The notes: a model not told the origin generated them from the letters alone. A stretch of 64,000 nucleotides of DNA from Candidatus Entotheonellaceae bacterium (GCA_965238075.1 OZ250173.1:832001-896000), one strand, 5' to 3'; shown: positions 42,449 to 52,769, numbered from the stretch's first letter. Numbers and translations: made by a program.

Positions 42449-42538
42449 GGCTCCTACCGCCTCGTTTACGAAATCGACGAGTCAATGGCCCGTAACCTTG
42501 TCACGAAAATCCGTCAACGCAGCGAAGTGTATCGTTGA
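42449..42538 (+). pseudogene. RelE/ParE toxin C-terminal fragment
   Basis: GSYRLVYEIDESMARNLVTKIRQRSEVYR*. Confidence 0.65.
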
Positions 42539-42553
42539 CCTGTGTAGGAAACC

Positions 42554-43435
42554 CTACGCCGTCAGTAGGCGCAGGGCGTCGCGGTATTTCTCGGCGGTCT
42601 GCGTGACGATCTCGGCGGGCAGTTGCGGCGCCGGCGGCGTCTTGTTCCAGCCGGTGCTGCTGAGGTAATCGCGCACGTATTGCTTGTCGAAGCTCGGCTG
42701 CCCGCGTCCCGCCGCGTAGTGCTCCAGCGGCCAGAAACGCGACGAATCCGGCGTCAGGATTTCGTCGATCAGGTACAGCTCGTCGTCCATCAGGGCCAGC
42801 TCGAACTTGGTGTCGGCGATGATGATGCCGCGTTCCAGAGCGTAGGCTGTCGCTTCTTGATACACCCGCAGGCTGGTATCCCGAATTCGCTCGGCCAGCC
42901 GGGTGTCGCCCCCCAGCACCCCGCACATCTCGTCGAACGAAATGTTGAGGTCGTGCTCGCCCTCCGGCGCCTTCGTCGAAGGCGTGAAAATCGGCTCGGG
43001 GAACTGCTCCGACTCGCGCAGCCCGGTCGGCAGCGGCAGGCCGCACACCGTGCCCTGCCGTTTGTATTCGGACCACGCCGAGCCGGTTATGTAGCCGCGC
43101 ACGATGGCCTCCACCGGCAACGGCTCCATACGGCGCACCACCGCGGCGCGGTCGCCGACCTGCGCAACCTCCTCGGCGCTCAGCACGTCGTCCACCCGCA
43201 CGCCGCTCAGGTGATTGGGCACCACAGACGCCGTGCGCGCGAACCAGAAATTCGACATGCGGGTCAAGATGCCGCCCTTGTCGGGAATGGGCGTCGGCAG
43301 GACGACGTCAAACGCCGACAGGCGGTCGGACGCTACGATCAGCAGATGCTCGTCATCGACCTCATAAATGTCACGCACCTTGCCCTGACGCAGACGCTTC
43401 AGGGAATGCAGATCAGACTCGAAAAGCGTGTTCAT
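42554..43435 (-). CDS. purC: SAICAR synthase
   Basis: QGKVRDIY, SDRLSAFD, FTPSTKA, IADTKFE, DEILTPDSSRFW, FDKQYVRD. Confidence 0.97.
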   Translation of the reverse strand: MNTLFESDLHSLKRLRQGKVRDIYEVDDEHLLIVASDRLSAFDVVLPTPIPDKGGILTRMSNFWFARTASVVPNHLSGVRVDDVLSAEEVAQVGDRAAVVRRMEPLPVEAIVRGYITGSAWSEYKRQGTVCGLPLPTGLRESEQFPEPIFTPSTKAPEGEHDLNISFDEMCGVLGGDTRLAERIRDTSLRVYQEATAYALERGIIIADTKFELALMDDELYLIDEILTPDSSRFWPLEHYAAGRGQPSFDKQYVRDYLSSTGWNKTPPAPQLPAEIVTQTAEKYRDALRLLTA

Positions 43436-43641
43436 CTCTCGTTCAACTCCTTTGCCAATGCCGGGTAGACGCTCCAGGCGCGGCCCCGGAGGATGGCTCA
43501 AAACCTCTTCCCCCTCACCCCAACCCCGGATCAAGTCCGGGGCAGGCCCTCTCCCGCCAGAGGAGAGGGAAGAACACCCTTTTTTACGGAAGTTAAGGTG
43601 CGTCACACGTCCGGAGGGGGCGGGGATGTTGGCAGCCCCCC

Positions 43642-44754
43642 TCAGACTGTTGGCGCCGCCCCGGCGAGCATGGCGGGTTCACTCAGGGGGGTGGTCGACC
43701 ACGATTTCAACTCCGGCAACACGTGCCGGACAAAGCATTGCATGTTGCGCTCGGCTTCGTCGTAAGGCATGCCGGCAAAGCCGAAGTGGCACATGATGCC
43801 GTTCATGTCGATCTTGTCGCGGATGACTGCCAGTTTGTCGAGCACCTGTTGCGGCGTACCCCAGGGCATCAGCTTGGTGAAGTCGCGCGCCGCGCCGTCC
43901 GTGCCGTGGCGCCCGATGTAGCGGCCGACGTTGCGGTAGAACTCGTAGCCCTTGTGGGTGCCGAAGTGCTCAGCGGTCATTTCGTAATGCCGCATGACGG
44001 TGTGGTAATAGCCGCCGATGTATTTGTAGGCCAGTTCCTCGGCGCGGTCGGCGTTCTCGTCAACGAAGAAGAACCCGCCGCAGAAGGGTTGCGGCGGCTC
44101 GCAGCCGTTCTCCTCGCGATAGACCTGGGTGTAGACAGCGAAATCCTGCTCGACGACATCCCACGGCTTTTGCGGGATCACCAGCAGGCCGACGCCGAGG
44201 CGCGCCATGATGGGCATCGATTCAGGCGACACCGCCGCCGCGAAGGTGCGGCCACGGAAGGACCGCATCGGGTACGGGCGCAGATCGCGGCGCGGCTGCT
44301 GCAGCGTTTCGCCGCCTTCCACGTAACCCCGCTCCAGCCCCTGCAGCACCAGTTCGGCGTATTCGACGAAGCGCTGCCGGCCCTCGTTCTGGTCGATCCG
44401 AAACCCTTCGTACTCCACCCGCGCCAGGCCGCGGCCAAGGCCCAGAATGACGCGCCCGCCCGACAGGTGATCGAGCATCACGATCTGCTCGGCCACCCGC
44501 ACCGGATCGTGCCATGGCAGCACCACGACCATCGAGCCCAGCTTGACGCGCTGCGTCTTGCCGGCCATGTAGGAGAGAAACTGCAGCACGTCCGGGCACA
44601 TGGTGTAATCGGTGAAATGGTGCTCTACCGACCACACCGAGTCGAACCCGAGGGGCTCGGCCAACTCGGCGAGCCGCAGTTCCTGGGCATAGACCTCGGC
44701 GTCCGAAAGGGCGTTGCCGGGATTCTGGAAAAGCGGTGCGTAACCCACGTGCAT
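43642..44754 (-). CDS. Luciferase-like (LLM) flavin-dependent oxidoreductase
   Basis: GFDSVWSVEHHF, PVRVAEQIVMLDHLSGGRVILGLGRG. Confidence 0.93.
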   Translation of the reverse strand: MHVGYAPLFQNPGNALSDAEVYAQELRLAELAEPLGFDSVWSVEHHFTDYTMCPDVLQFLSYMAGKTQRVKLGSMVVVLPWHDPVRVAEQIVMLDHLSGGRVILGLGRGLARVEYEGFRIDQNEGRQRFVEYAELVLQGLERGYVEGGETLQQPRRDLRPYPMRSFRGRTFAAAVSPESMPIMARLGVGLLVIPQKPWDVVEQDFAVYTQVYREENGCEPPQPFCGGFFFVDENADRAEELAYKYIGGYYHTVMRHYEMTAEHFGTHKGYEFYRNVGRYIGRHGTDGAARDFTKLMPWGTPQQVLDKLAVIRDKIDMNGIMCHFGFAGMPYDEAERNMQCFVRHVLPELKSWSTTPLSEPAMLAGAAPTV

Positions 44755-45001
44755 GACGTGCCTCCTCACAGAAGTATGATGCCACCTAAATTGCCGCGAA
44801 GGGTCTTTTCCCCTCTCCCCTGGCGGGAGAGGGTCGGGGTGAGGGGGAAAGCGGGGCAAAGGGAGCAACAAAGTGGTATCGGGTGCCACGGGGAGCAGCC
44901 CCTCTCCCTAGCCCTCCCCCACAATGGCGGGAGGGAACGGCCGCCGGGTGACTGTCGCTTGCGTCACGCCTCACAGAATTGCGACGGGTGAGCGGCGGGT
45001 C

Positions 45002-45793
45002 TCAGTAGGCCGGAATGGCGCCGGCCTTCACGTTGCCCTGCCGCATGACGGCGACTTCCTCGGCTGCCTTGGCCGCCATGAAGCGGCTCTCCGACGCGAT
45101 GGTGACGAACTGGAACCCCTCTTCGATCATCTTGAGGGCGTATTGCGGCGTGTTGTTGTGCAGGCCGGCGATGACGCCGTACTTCTTGCAGGTGGAAACG
45201 ATGCGCCGCAGCGCGTCCACCACCGCGGGCTCGTCCTGATCCAGACGCGGCTTGTAGCCCAGAGCCAGGCTCAGATCCGAAGGGCCGACGTAGACCGCGT
45301 TAATGCCGGGCACCTGCAGGATGGCATCGAGGTTTTCGAGGGCTTCGGCGGTTTCGATCATCGGCATGACCAGCACGTCGTCGTTGGCGTGGTCGCCGTA
45401 ATCCGCCCCCGCGTAAATGGAGGCGCGCACCGGCCCCCAACTGCGGTAGCCCTGCGGCGGGTATTTACAGGCTTTCACCATGGCTTCGGCCTGCTCGACG
45501 GTGCTGATCATCGGGCAGATCACCCCGAATACGCCGGCGTCGAGGATTTTCATCAGCAGCGCCGGATCGTTCCAGGCGACGCGCGCCAGGGGGATGGTGC
45601 TGGTGGTGGAGACCGCCTGCAGCATGGTGACGGCGGTCTGGTAGTCGACAACGCCGTGCTGCATGTCGACGGTCAGCGAATCGAACCCCTGGTGGGCCAT
45701 GATCTCGGCGGAGAAAGCGCTGGGGATCGACAGCCAGCCGTTGACGACGGCGTCGCCGCGCGCCCAGATCGCTTTCAGTGTGTTCTCGCGCAT
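45002..45793 (-). CDS. HpcH/HpaI aldolase family protein
   Basis: VDMQHG, LDAG..GVICPM, YPPQGYRS, MIET, VGPSDL. Confidence 0.92.
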   Translation of the reverse strand: MRENTLKAIWARGDAVVNGWLSIPSAFSAEIMAHQGFDSLTVDMQHGVVDYQTAVTMLQAVSTTSTIPLARVAWNDPALLMKILDAGVFGVICPMISTVEQAEAMVKACKYPPQGYRSWGPVRASIYAGADYGDHANDDVLVMPMIETAEALENLDAILQVPGINAVYVGPSDLSLALGYKPRLDQDEPAVVDALRRIVSTCKKYGVIAGLHNNTPQYALKMIEEGFQFVTIASESRFMAAKAAEEVAVMRQGNVKAGAIPAY

Positions 45794-45947
45794 CGGTTCG
45801 GTTTCTCCTTACTCTGATTCTGGCAATGTCGCAGGGCGGCACGCTACGCGGTTTGACGGCAGCGGTAGGAAAGCGTACAAAATGAGGCGGCGGGCAAGCG
45901 GGTCCCGCCTGTCATCCGCTCACGTATTTCAGGGAGAATCATATACG

Positions 45948-47804
45948 ATGCGAACTTCAGTCACCAGCGACCCCAAACAGCTTACGGATTACCGTTTTCG
46001 GCGTGTGCGCATCGATCTCGGAGAGGCGCGAATCGAGCAAGAGGAGATCGCCTGCGCGGACGTGGAGGACTTCCTCGGCGGCATCGGACGCGCCTTCAAA
46101 TCCCTGGCTGAGCACGACGTGAGCGACGCCTACGCACCCGCGGCGCCCCTGATCATGAACCTCGGCGTCTTCTCCGGCACGGAACTCATGACCGGCCTGC
46201 GTGTGTTCTTCTCCGCCTACAGCCCGCTCAAGGCAGCCAACAACGGCCAACCGCTCGCCATGTGGTCGACGGCCTCCGGCAAATTCGGTACCAAGATGCT
46301 CGCCGCCGGCGTAGACGAAGTAGTGTTCGTCGGTCGGGCGGCGCGTCCGGTCTATCTGTTGATCTGCAACGATGACGGCAACCTGAGCTTGTCGCTGGAA
46401 GACGCCGGCGACCTTGTTGGGCAAACGACGCACGACAAGATCATGCAACTGGCCGATCGGCACGCTGACGCGCACGTGGCGGCGCTGGGACCGGCGGGCG
46501 AGAACTGGCAGCACAACGCCTACGCGGCGATCGCCTGCAGCACGGTCAACCAGTTGCAATCGCGGCAGTGCAAGCCCAGGTTTGCCGGGCGCGGCGGCAT
46601 GGGCAGCGTCATGGGCTCGAAGAACCTGCTGGCCGTGGTGGCCCAGGCGCCCGACCTGAAACGCGGCAAGCTGCCCGCCGAGGTGCGGGACGCCAACAAG
46701 GAAATCAGCCGCGGTGAGGGCTCGCGCAATTACCGCGACGCCAAAAAGGCCAACGGCGCCGGCGGCACCTGGCGCAACGTCGCCGGTCTCCATCCCATGG
46801 GCGCCCTGCCGGAAACCAATTTCTGGCCGCAGGGCGACGACTCGCCATCCAGCCTGTACCGCAGTTCCATGGAGGAGCCGTACCTCATCAAGGACGAGTC
46901 GTGCTACCAGTGCGGCATCGCCTGCCACAAGAACATCTACGACGTCGATGAGTCCGACGGCCGCCGCAAGGCCGGCAAGTTCTACGCCAAGTTCGATTAC
47001 GAGCCGCTCGACCTGATGACCATCAACCTCGGCATCTACGATCAGCATCAGGCGCTGGACCTCGTCGAGCTGGTCGATCAGTTGGGCTTCGATTCGATCA
47101 GCCTCGGCGTGACGCTCGGCTATGCCATGGACTACAACCGCCAGCACCCCGAACAAGCCATTCTCGGCGGCTTGAGCTTCGGCGATTTCGCCGCCACCTG
47201 CGACGTCATCCGCAAGACCGCAGCCGGCGAGTGCCCGGAGATCGGCCTGGGCGTCAAACGCCTCTCGGAAGCCCTTGGCGAGACCGACTACGCCATGCAC
47301 TGCAAGGGCCTGGAACTGCCCGCCTACCTGCCGGAAACCAACCCCGGCTATCCGTTCGCCATCGCCGGCGGCCACATGTCGATGCGCACCTTCCTGCTGC
47401 TCGTCTTCGAGGGCCGAACCGAGCTTGACTACTGGGTGGACGCCATCGTCAACAAGGGCATCTACTACACGCGCGACGACCTCCTGGGCCTGTGCAAGTT
47501 CGCCGGCACCCCGGACGCCGTCATCGAGCCTTCCTTCCGCAGCCTTTTCGGCGTCGAGGTGACCACCGCAGACCTCATGCACGCCACCCAGCGCACCTAT
47601 CTGCGCGGCCTGCTTTTGGAGCGCAAACAAGGCGCCACCCTGGATGATTACGTCCTCCCCGCCCGCTCCTATCAGCACAACCCGCACGTCCAACTGCCCC
47701 ACTTCGTGACGCCTGAGTTCATGCACGACCTGCGCCAGCAGGTGTTCGAGGCCTTCGACGAGCAGATTGAGGAATACGGGTTGGCTGCGACAGCGGGCGG
47801 GTAA
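45948..47804 (+). CDS. Aldehyde:ferredoxin oxidoreductase (tungstopterin family)
   Basis: SPL, GPAGEN, AGRGGMGSVMGSKNL, CYQCGIAC, DYEP, KGLELPAY. Confidence 0.9.
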   Translation: MRTSVTSDPKQLTDYRFRRVRIDLGEARIEQEEIACADVEDFLGGIGRAFKSLAEHDVSDAYAPAAPLIMNLGVFSGTELMTGLRVFFSAYSPLKAANNGQPLAMWSTASGKFGTKMLAAGVDEVVFVGRAARPVYLLICNDDGNLSLSLEDAGDLVGQTTHDKIMQLADRHADAHVAALGPAGENWQHNAYAAIACSTVNQLQSRQCKPRFAGRGGMGSVMGSKNLLAVVAQAPDLKRGKLPAEVRDANKEISRGEGSRNYRDAKKANGAGGTWRNVAGLHPMGALPETNFWPQGDDSPSSLYRSSMEEPYLIKDESCYQCGIACHKNIYDVDESDGRRKAGKFYAKFDYEPLDLMTINLGIYDQHQALDLVELVDQLGFDSISLGVTLGYAMDYNRQHPEQAILGGLSFGDFAATCDVIRKTAAGECPEIGLGVKRLSEALGETDYAMHCKGLELPAYLPETNPGYPFAIAGGHMSMRTFLLLVFEGRTELDYWVDAIVNKGIYYTRDDLLGLCKFAGTPDAVIEPSFRSLFGVEVTTADLMHATQRTYLRGLLLERKQGATLDDYVLPARSYQHNPHVQLPHFVTPEFMHDLRQQVFEAFDEQIEEYGLAATAGG

Positions 47805-47863
47805 AGGACATATTCGCCTGATCTCGGCTCGTCTGGCGTCAACCAAGGAAAGGCAGGCTTACC

Positions 47864-48019
47864 ATGAACAGATGCGATAGCCCCCTCACGCCCGAACAGA
47901 TCGCGGCCACAAAGGACGAGGACATCGATTTCAGTGACATTCCCGAACTGGACGAAACCCTCTGGCGGCAAGCGCGCCTCGTCGAACCCGACCGCCGATC
48001 GGTGGGCGACGAAGCGTAG
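47864..48019 (+). pseudogene. BrnA antitoxin N-terminal fragment
   Basis: DEDIDFSDIPELDETLWRQARLVEP; lacks the C-terminal RHH. Confidence 0.7.
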
Positions 48020-48113
48020 CTGATTCGCCGGGACGTGGCTGGGTTCGACTTTGCAGGCGGTTTCATGGGCATAACCCTGCAAGGAACTCTTACCCAACGG
48101 CGAAGGACGAGTG

Positions 48114-50879
48114 ATGTCGATTGCCAACCAGACACCCGAGCAGGCAGCGCGGGACGTGATCGACGGGATGCTGCGTGAAGCGGGGTGGGTGGTTCAGAGC
48201 AACAAGAAGATCGACTTCAGGGCCGGCCCCGGTGTCGCTGTTCGTGAGTATCAGACGGACGCCGGTCCCGCCGATTACGTCCTCTTCGTCGGCAAGAAGC
48301 CCGCCGGGGTGATCGAGGCCAAACCGGATCACCGGGGTCAGAACATCACGACGGTCGAGGAGCAGTCCGCGACCTATGCCGCCGCCAGGCTCAAGTGGCT
48401 GAACCATTCAGAGCCGCTGACGTTCGTGTACGAAAGCACCGGCGTGTTGACACGGTTTACCAACACGCGCGATCCGAAACCACGCTCCCGGGAGGTGTTC
48501 CATTTCCCTCGCCCGGAGACGATGCAAGAATGGCGTTCCCGGCCGGCCACGCTCCGCACGCGGCTGCAGGCGCTGCCGAGTCTGGACCCCGCCGGATTGA
48601 GAGCGTGCCAGGTCAATGCCATCGAGGGGCTGGAGGCATCCTTCCAAGACGACCGCCCGCGCGCCCTCATTCAAATGGCGACCGGCTCGGGCAAGACCTA
48701 CGCCGCCATCACGTCGATCTACCGGCTGCTCAAGCATGCCGACGCCAAGCGCGTCCTCTTTCTCGTCGACACCAAGAACCTGGGCGAACAGGCCGAGCAG
48801 GAATTCATGGCCTACGTGCCCAGCGACGACAATCGCAAGTTCACCGAGCTCTACAGCGTCCAGCGCCTCCAATCGTCCTTCGTCGCCAAGGACAGCCAGG
48901 TCTGCATCAGCACCATCCAGCGTATGTACGCGCTGCTGAGGGACCAGGACATGGACGAAGCCGCCGAGGAAATCAACCCGGCGGAGATGGTGCAGATCAG
49001 ACAGCCGAAGCCGGTCGTCTATAACCCGAAGATTCCGCCCGAGTTCTTCGACTTCATCATCATCGACGAATGCCACCGCTCGATCTACAACCTGTGGCGC
49101 CAAGTCCTGGAATACTTCGACGCCTATCTCGTCGGCCTGACGGCCACGCCGGACAACCGCACCTATGGATTCTTCGGCAAGAACGTCGTCAGCGAATACG
49201 ACCATGAGCAGGCCGTCGCCGACGGTGTCAACGTCGGCAACGAAATCTACGCCATCGACACGCTGAGGACGCAGCGCGGCGGTCAACTCAGGGCGCACCA
49301 GCAGGTCGAGAGGCGCGAACGGCTGACGCGCCGCAAGCGCTGGGAGATTCAGGACGAGGCCGTCGTCTATACCGGCAAAGAATTGGACCGTTCCGTCGTC
49401 AACCCGGACCAGATTCGCACCGTCGTCCGCACCTTCCGCGACAGGCTGCCGGAGATATTCCCGGGCCGCGCCGAAGTCCCGAAAACGCTCGTTTTCGCCA
49501 AGACCGACAGCCACGCCGACGACATCATCCAGACCGTGCGCGAGGAATTCGGCGAAGGCAACGAGTTCTGTAAGAAGGTCACCTACAAGGCCGCGGAAGA
49601 CCCGAAATCCGTCCTCGCCCAGTTCCGCAACGACTACTACCCGCGCATCGCCGTGACCGTGGACATGGTCGCCACCGGCACCGACGTCAAGCCACTCGAA
49701 TGCCTGCTCTTCATGCGCGACGTGAGGAGCCGCAACTATTTCGAGCAGATGAAAGGCCGCGGCACCCGCACCCTCGACCACGACGACCTCAAGAAAGTCT
49801 CGCCCTCCGCCGTCAGCGGCAAGACCCACTACGTGATCGTGGACGCCGTCGGCGTCACCAAATCCCTCAAGACCGCCAGCCAGCCACTCATCACCAAACC
49901 TGCCGTGCCACTCAGGGACCTCGCCATGGGCGTGATGATGGGCGTGCACGACGAAGACACCGTGAGTTCTCTGGCCGGCCACCTTGCCCGGCTCAACCGG
50001 CGACTCGACCCCGCCGAGCAGGAACGTATTCGCGAAAAGGCGGGCGGTATCGAGTTGACCGGCATCGTCGGCAATCTGCTGCAAGCCATCGACCCGGACC
50101 GGATTGATGAGAAGGCCCGCGAGATTGGATCGGTGCCCGGCGTTGCCGAGCCGTCACCGGCCGCACGCGACAAGGCTCAGGAGCAGTTGGTGGGTGAGGC
50201 GGCCAGCGTGTTCAACGGCGAGTTGATCGAGCTGATCGCCTCGATTCACCATGCCAAGGACCAGACCATCGACCATGACAGCCTGGACACCGTGCTACGC
50301 GCCGAATGGGAAGGCGACGCGCACGAGAACGCCAAGGCCATGGCACAGGACTTCCAGCACTATCTGGAAACCAACCGCGATGAAATCGAAGCCCTGACCA
50401 TCTTCTACGCCCAGCCGCACCGTCGCCGCGAGTTGACCTACGCCATGATCCGAGAGGTGTTCGACAGACTGAAGAACGACCGGCCCCGACTGTCCCCTTT
50501 GCGGGTCTGGCAGGCGTATGTCCTGCTCGACGACTACAAAGGTGCCCAACCCGTTCGCGAACTGACCGCACTCGTCGCGTTGGTCCGCCGCGCCTGCGGC
50601 ATTGACAGCCAACTCTTGTCCTACTCGGAAACCGTACGCCGCAATTTCCAGAATTGGATCATGACCCGCCACAGCGGCAGCGGCGAGAAGTTCAACGAGG
50701 CGCAGATGGAGTGGCTGCGCATGATCCGTGACCACGTCATCACCTCGTTTCATCTGGAGCGCGACGATCTGGACATGGCTCCGTTCGATGGCAAAGGCGG
50801 TATGGGGCAGATGTACAAGCTCTTCGGCGACTGGATGGATGATGTGATTGATGAGTTGAACGAGGCGTTGGCCGCATGA
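48114..50879 (+). CDS. hsdR: Type I restriction endonuclease subunit R
   Basis: ADYVL..VIEAK nuclease motif, MATGSGKT, IDECHRS, LTATP, EQMKGRGTR, EcoEI-like C-terminus. Confidence 0.95.
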   Translation: MSIANQTPEQAARDVIDGMLREAGWVVQSNKKIDFRAGPGVAVREYQTDAGPADYVLFVGKKPAGVIEAKPDHRGQNITTVEEQSATYAAARLKWLNHSEPLTFVYESTGVLTRFTNTRDPKPRSREVFHFPRPETMQEWRSRPATLRTRLQALPSLDPAGLRACQVNAIEGLEASFQDDRPRALIQMATGSGKTYAAITSIYRLLKHADAKRVLFLVDTKNLGEQAEQEFMAYVPSDDNRKFTELYSVQRLQSSFVAKDSQVCISTIQRMYALLRDQDMDEAAEEINPAEMVQIRQPKPVVYNPKIPPEFFDFIIIDECHRSIYNLWRQVLEYFDAYLVGLTATPDNRTYGFFGKNVVSEYDHEQAVADGVNVGNEIYAIDTLRTQRGGQLRAHQQVERRERLTRRKRWEIQDEAVVYTGKELDRSVVNPDQIRTVVRTFRDRLPEIFPGRAEVPKTLVFAKTDSHADDIIQTVREEFGEGNEFCKKVTYKAAEDPKSVLAQFRNDYYPRIAVTVDMVATGTDVKPLECLLFMRDVRSRNYFEQMKGRGTRTLDHDDLKKVSPSAVSGKTHYVIVDAVGVTKSLKTASQPLITKPAVPLRDLAMGVMMGVHDEDTVSSLAGHLARLNRRLDPAEQERIREKAGGIELTGIVGNLLQAIDPDRIDEKAREIGSVPGVAEPSPAARDKAQEQLVGEAASVFNGELIELIASIHHAKDQTIDHDSLDTVLRAEWEGDAHENAKAMAQDFQHYLETNRDEIEALTIFYAQPHRRRELTYAMIREVFDRLKNDRPRLSPLRVWQAYVLLDDYKGAQPVRELTALVALVRRACGIDSQLLSYSETVRRNFQNWIMTRHSGSGEKFNEAQMEWLRMIRDHVITSFHLERDDLDMAPFDGKGGMGQMYKLFGDWMDDVIDELNEALAA

Positions 50880-51268
50880 AGGCAGAAAGTAGAAGGAAAA
50901 AGGATGAAGTCGTGGATCTTCGGACTCGGACGAAGGAGTTTGCGCTGCGGATCATTCGCCTCTACTCAGGTCTTCCCAAGCGGACCGAGGCTCAAGTAAT
51001 AGGCAGGCAAATTATTCGTTCCGGAACGTCTGTAGGGGCAAATTACCGGGAGGCATATCGCGCGCGGAGCAAAGCGGAGTTCATCGCAAAGGCTGGCGAT
51101 TGTTTGAAGGAGATTGAAGAAACTGGTTATTGGCTTGAACTGCTTGTCGACTCAGGAATCGTTTCGGAGGATCGACTTGAAAGCCTGAGAAATGAATGCG
51201 GTGAATTGACCGCGATATTCGTCACTTCAATTCGGAATGCGAAGAGCAACAATGAACGTGGTGCATGA
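50876..51268 (+). CDS. Four-helix-bundle protein (23S rRNA-IVP / bAvd-like family)
   Basis: RTKEFALRII...QIIRSGTSVGANYREA.RARSKAEF...EETGYWLELL. Confidence 0.92.
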   Translation: MKAESRRKKDEVVDLRTRTKEFALRIIRLYSGLPKRTEAQVIGRQIIRSGTSVGANYREAYRARSKAEFIAKAGDCLKEIEETGYWLELLVDSGIVSEDRLESLRNECGELTAIFVTSIRNAKSNNERGA

Positions 51269-52769
51269 AGCGATACCAATCAGAGAAGCACTCGCCCCGA
51301 GAAATGAGAAAGTCGCGCCTGCCGACTATCCTGAGTTGCCTTATATTGGCCTTGACGACATTGAAGCTCATGCCATGCGTTTGCTCGGTTCAAAACCCGC
51401 TGCAAGCATGAAAAGTTCTGCCAAACGTTTCTATCCTGGTGATGTACTTTACTCACGGCTTCGCCCATATCTGAACAAAGTCTGGCCGTCGGACCGCAAC
51501 GGCATTTGCTCATCCGAGTTCATCGTGATGCCCGGCAATCATCTCGTGGATCCCCGCTTTCTCGCACTCAGGCTTAACGCGATGGATTTCGTTTCATTCG
51601 CAAACAGCTTGAATGCGGGCGACAGACCCCGCGTTGATTTTGACCAGATTTCTACCTTCTGCCTTCCTCCTTTTTCCTTAGTTCGCCAACGCCGAATCGT
51701 CGCCAAGGTCGAGGAACTATTTTCCGAACTGGACAAGGGCGTCGAGAACCTGAAGACGGCGCGGGCGAAACTCAATGTCTACCGCCAAGCCGTGCTCAAG
51801 CACGCCTTCGAAGGCAAACTCACGGCGCAGTGGCGCGAAGAGAACAAAGACAAGCTTGCGAAATCCGAGCAATTGCTCGCCCGCATCAAGCAGGAGCGGG
51901 AGGCACGCTACGAGCAGCAACTTCAGGAGTGGAAGGCCGCCGTCAAGAAATGGGAGGAAAGCGGTTGTCTTAAGACGAAACCTTCGAGCCCTCGTCCCCC
52001 TTCATTTCCAGAGCCGTTTACTGACATTGAGCTAATGGCTTTACCAGAGATTTCCTGCCCCTGGCTCTGGGTCAAAGTCGGTGAACTTTTCTCCGTTTAC
52101 GTCGGAGCTACTCCCAGCAGAAAGCAACGGAGTTATTGGAATGGAGCGATCAATTGGATAACCAGTGGCGAAGTCCGCTTTGCGCCGATAAACAAGACGA
52201 ACGAGACGATCACTCCCGAAGGTTTGGCAAGTACTTCTGCGGAGGTCCATCCAATTGGCACTGTGATGCTGGCAATGATTGGGGAGGGGAAGACCAGAGG
52301 CCAGGCAGCAGTAACACACGTCGAGGCGTGCCACAATCAGAACACGGCTGCAATTCGGGTAAGTGAATCGGAGATCTCGCCGGAATACGTCTATTACTAT
52401 CTGCTCTATCGATATGAAGACAACCGACGGGTAGGGTCTGGCAACAACCAAAAGGCTCTTAACAAGGAACGGGTGTCGAACTTACCTATCCCTCTGCCGT
52501 CTCTTGCTGAGCAAGCTGTCATTGTACAAGAACTGAACAAGCTACTTTCGGTCATCGAACAATTGGACGGGGAAATTGGCAGGCAGCTTACGAGTGCGAA
52601 CGCTCTCTGGCAATCCATCCTGAAGAAAGCCTTTACCGGCCAACTCGTCCCGCAGCACCCGCATGACGAGCCTGCATCCATCCTGCTCGAGCGAATCAAA
52701 ACCGCAAAAGCTGCGTGGTCTCAAAACAACACGCGGGCAAAACGCAGTCGCACGGCGGCAACAACATGA
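51252..52769 (+). CDS. hsdS: Type I RM specificity subunit
   Basis: Two TRDs, QRRIVAKVEELF, AFEGKLT, PLPSLAEQ, AFTGQLVPQ..DEPASILLERI. Confidence 0.93.
   Translation: MNVVHEAIPIREALAPRNEKVAPADYPELPYIGLDDIEAHAMRLLGSKPAASMKSSAKRFYPGDVLYSRLRPYLNKVWPSDRNGICSSEFIVMPGNHLVDPRFLALRLNAMDFVSFANSLNAGDRPRVDFDQISTFCLPPFSLVRQRRIVAKVEELFSELDKGVENLKTARAKLNVYRQAVLKHAFEGKLTAQWREENKDKLAKSEQLLARIKQEREARYEQQLQEWKAAVKKWEESGCLKTKPSSPRPPSFPEPFTDIELMALPEISCPWLWVKVGELFSVYVGATPSRKQRSYWNGAINWITSGEVRFAPINKTNETITPEGLASTSAEVHPIGTVMLAMIGEGKTRGQAAVTHVEACHNQNTAAIRVSESEISPEYVYYYLLYRYEDNRRVGSGNNQKALNKERVSNLPIPLPSLAEQAVIVQELNKLLSVIEQLDGEIGRQLTSANALWQSILKKAFTGQLVPQHPHDEPASILLERIKTAKAAWSQNNTRAKRSRTAATT

Noticed and set aside
42554..44889. 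N-terminal extensions on PurC and the LLM protein (LSSGGRG..., PHPDPLPPGERG)
   Set aside because: They are translations of intergenic CCCTCTCCC repeats; SD-supported starts lie downstream
50876..51268. Diversity-generating retroelement (Avd-like gene)
   Set aside because: No reverse transcriptase and no TR/VR pair seen in the window
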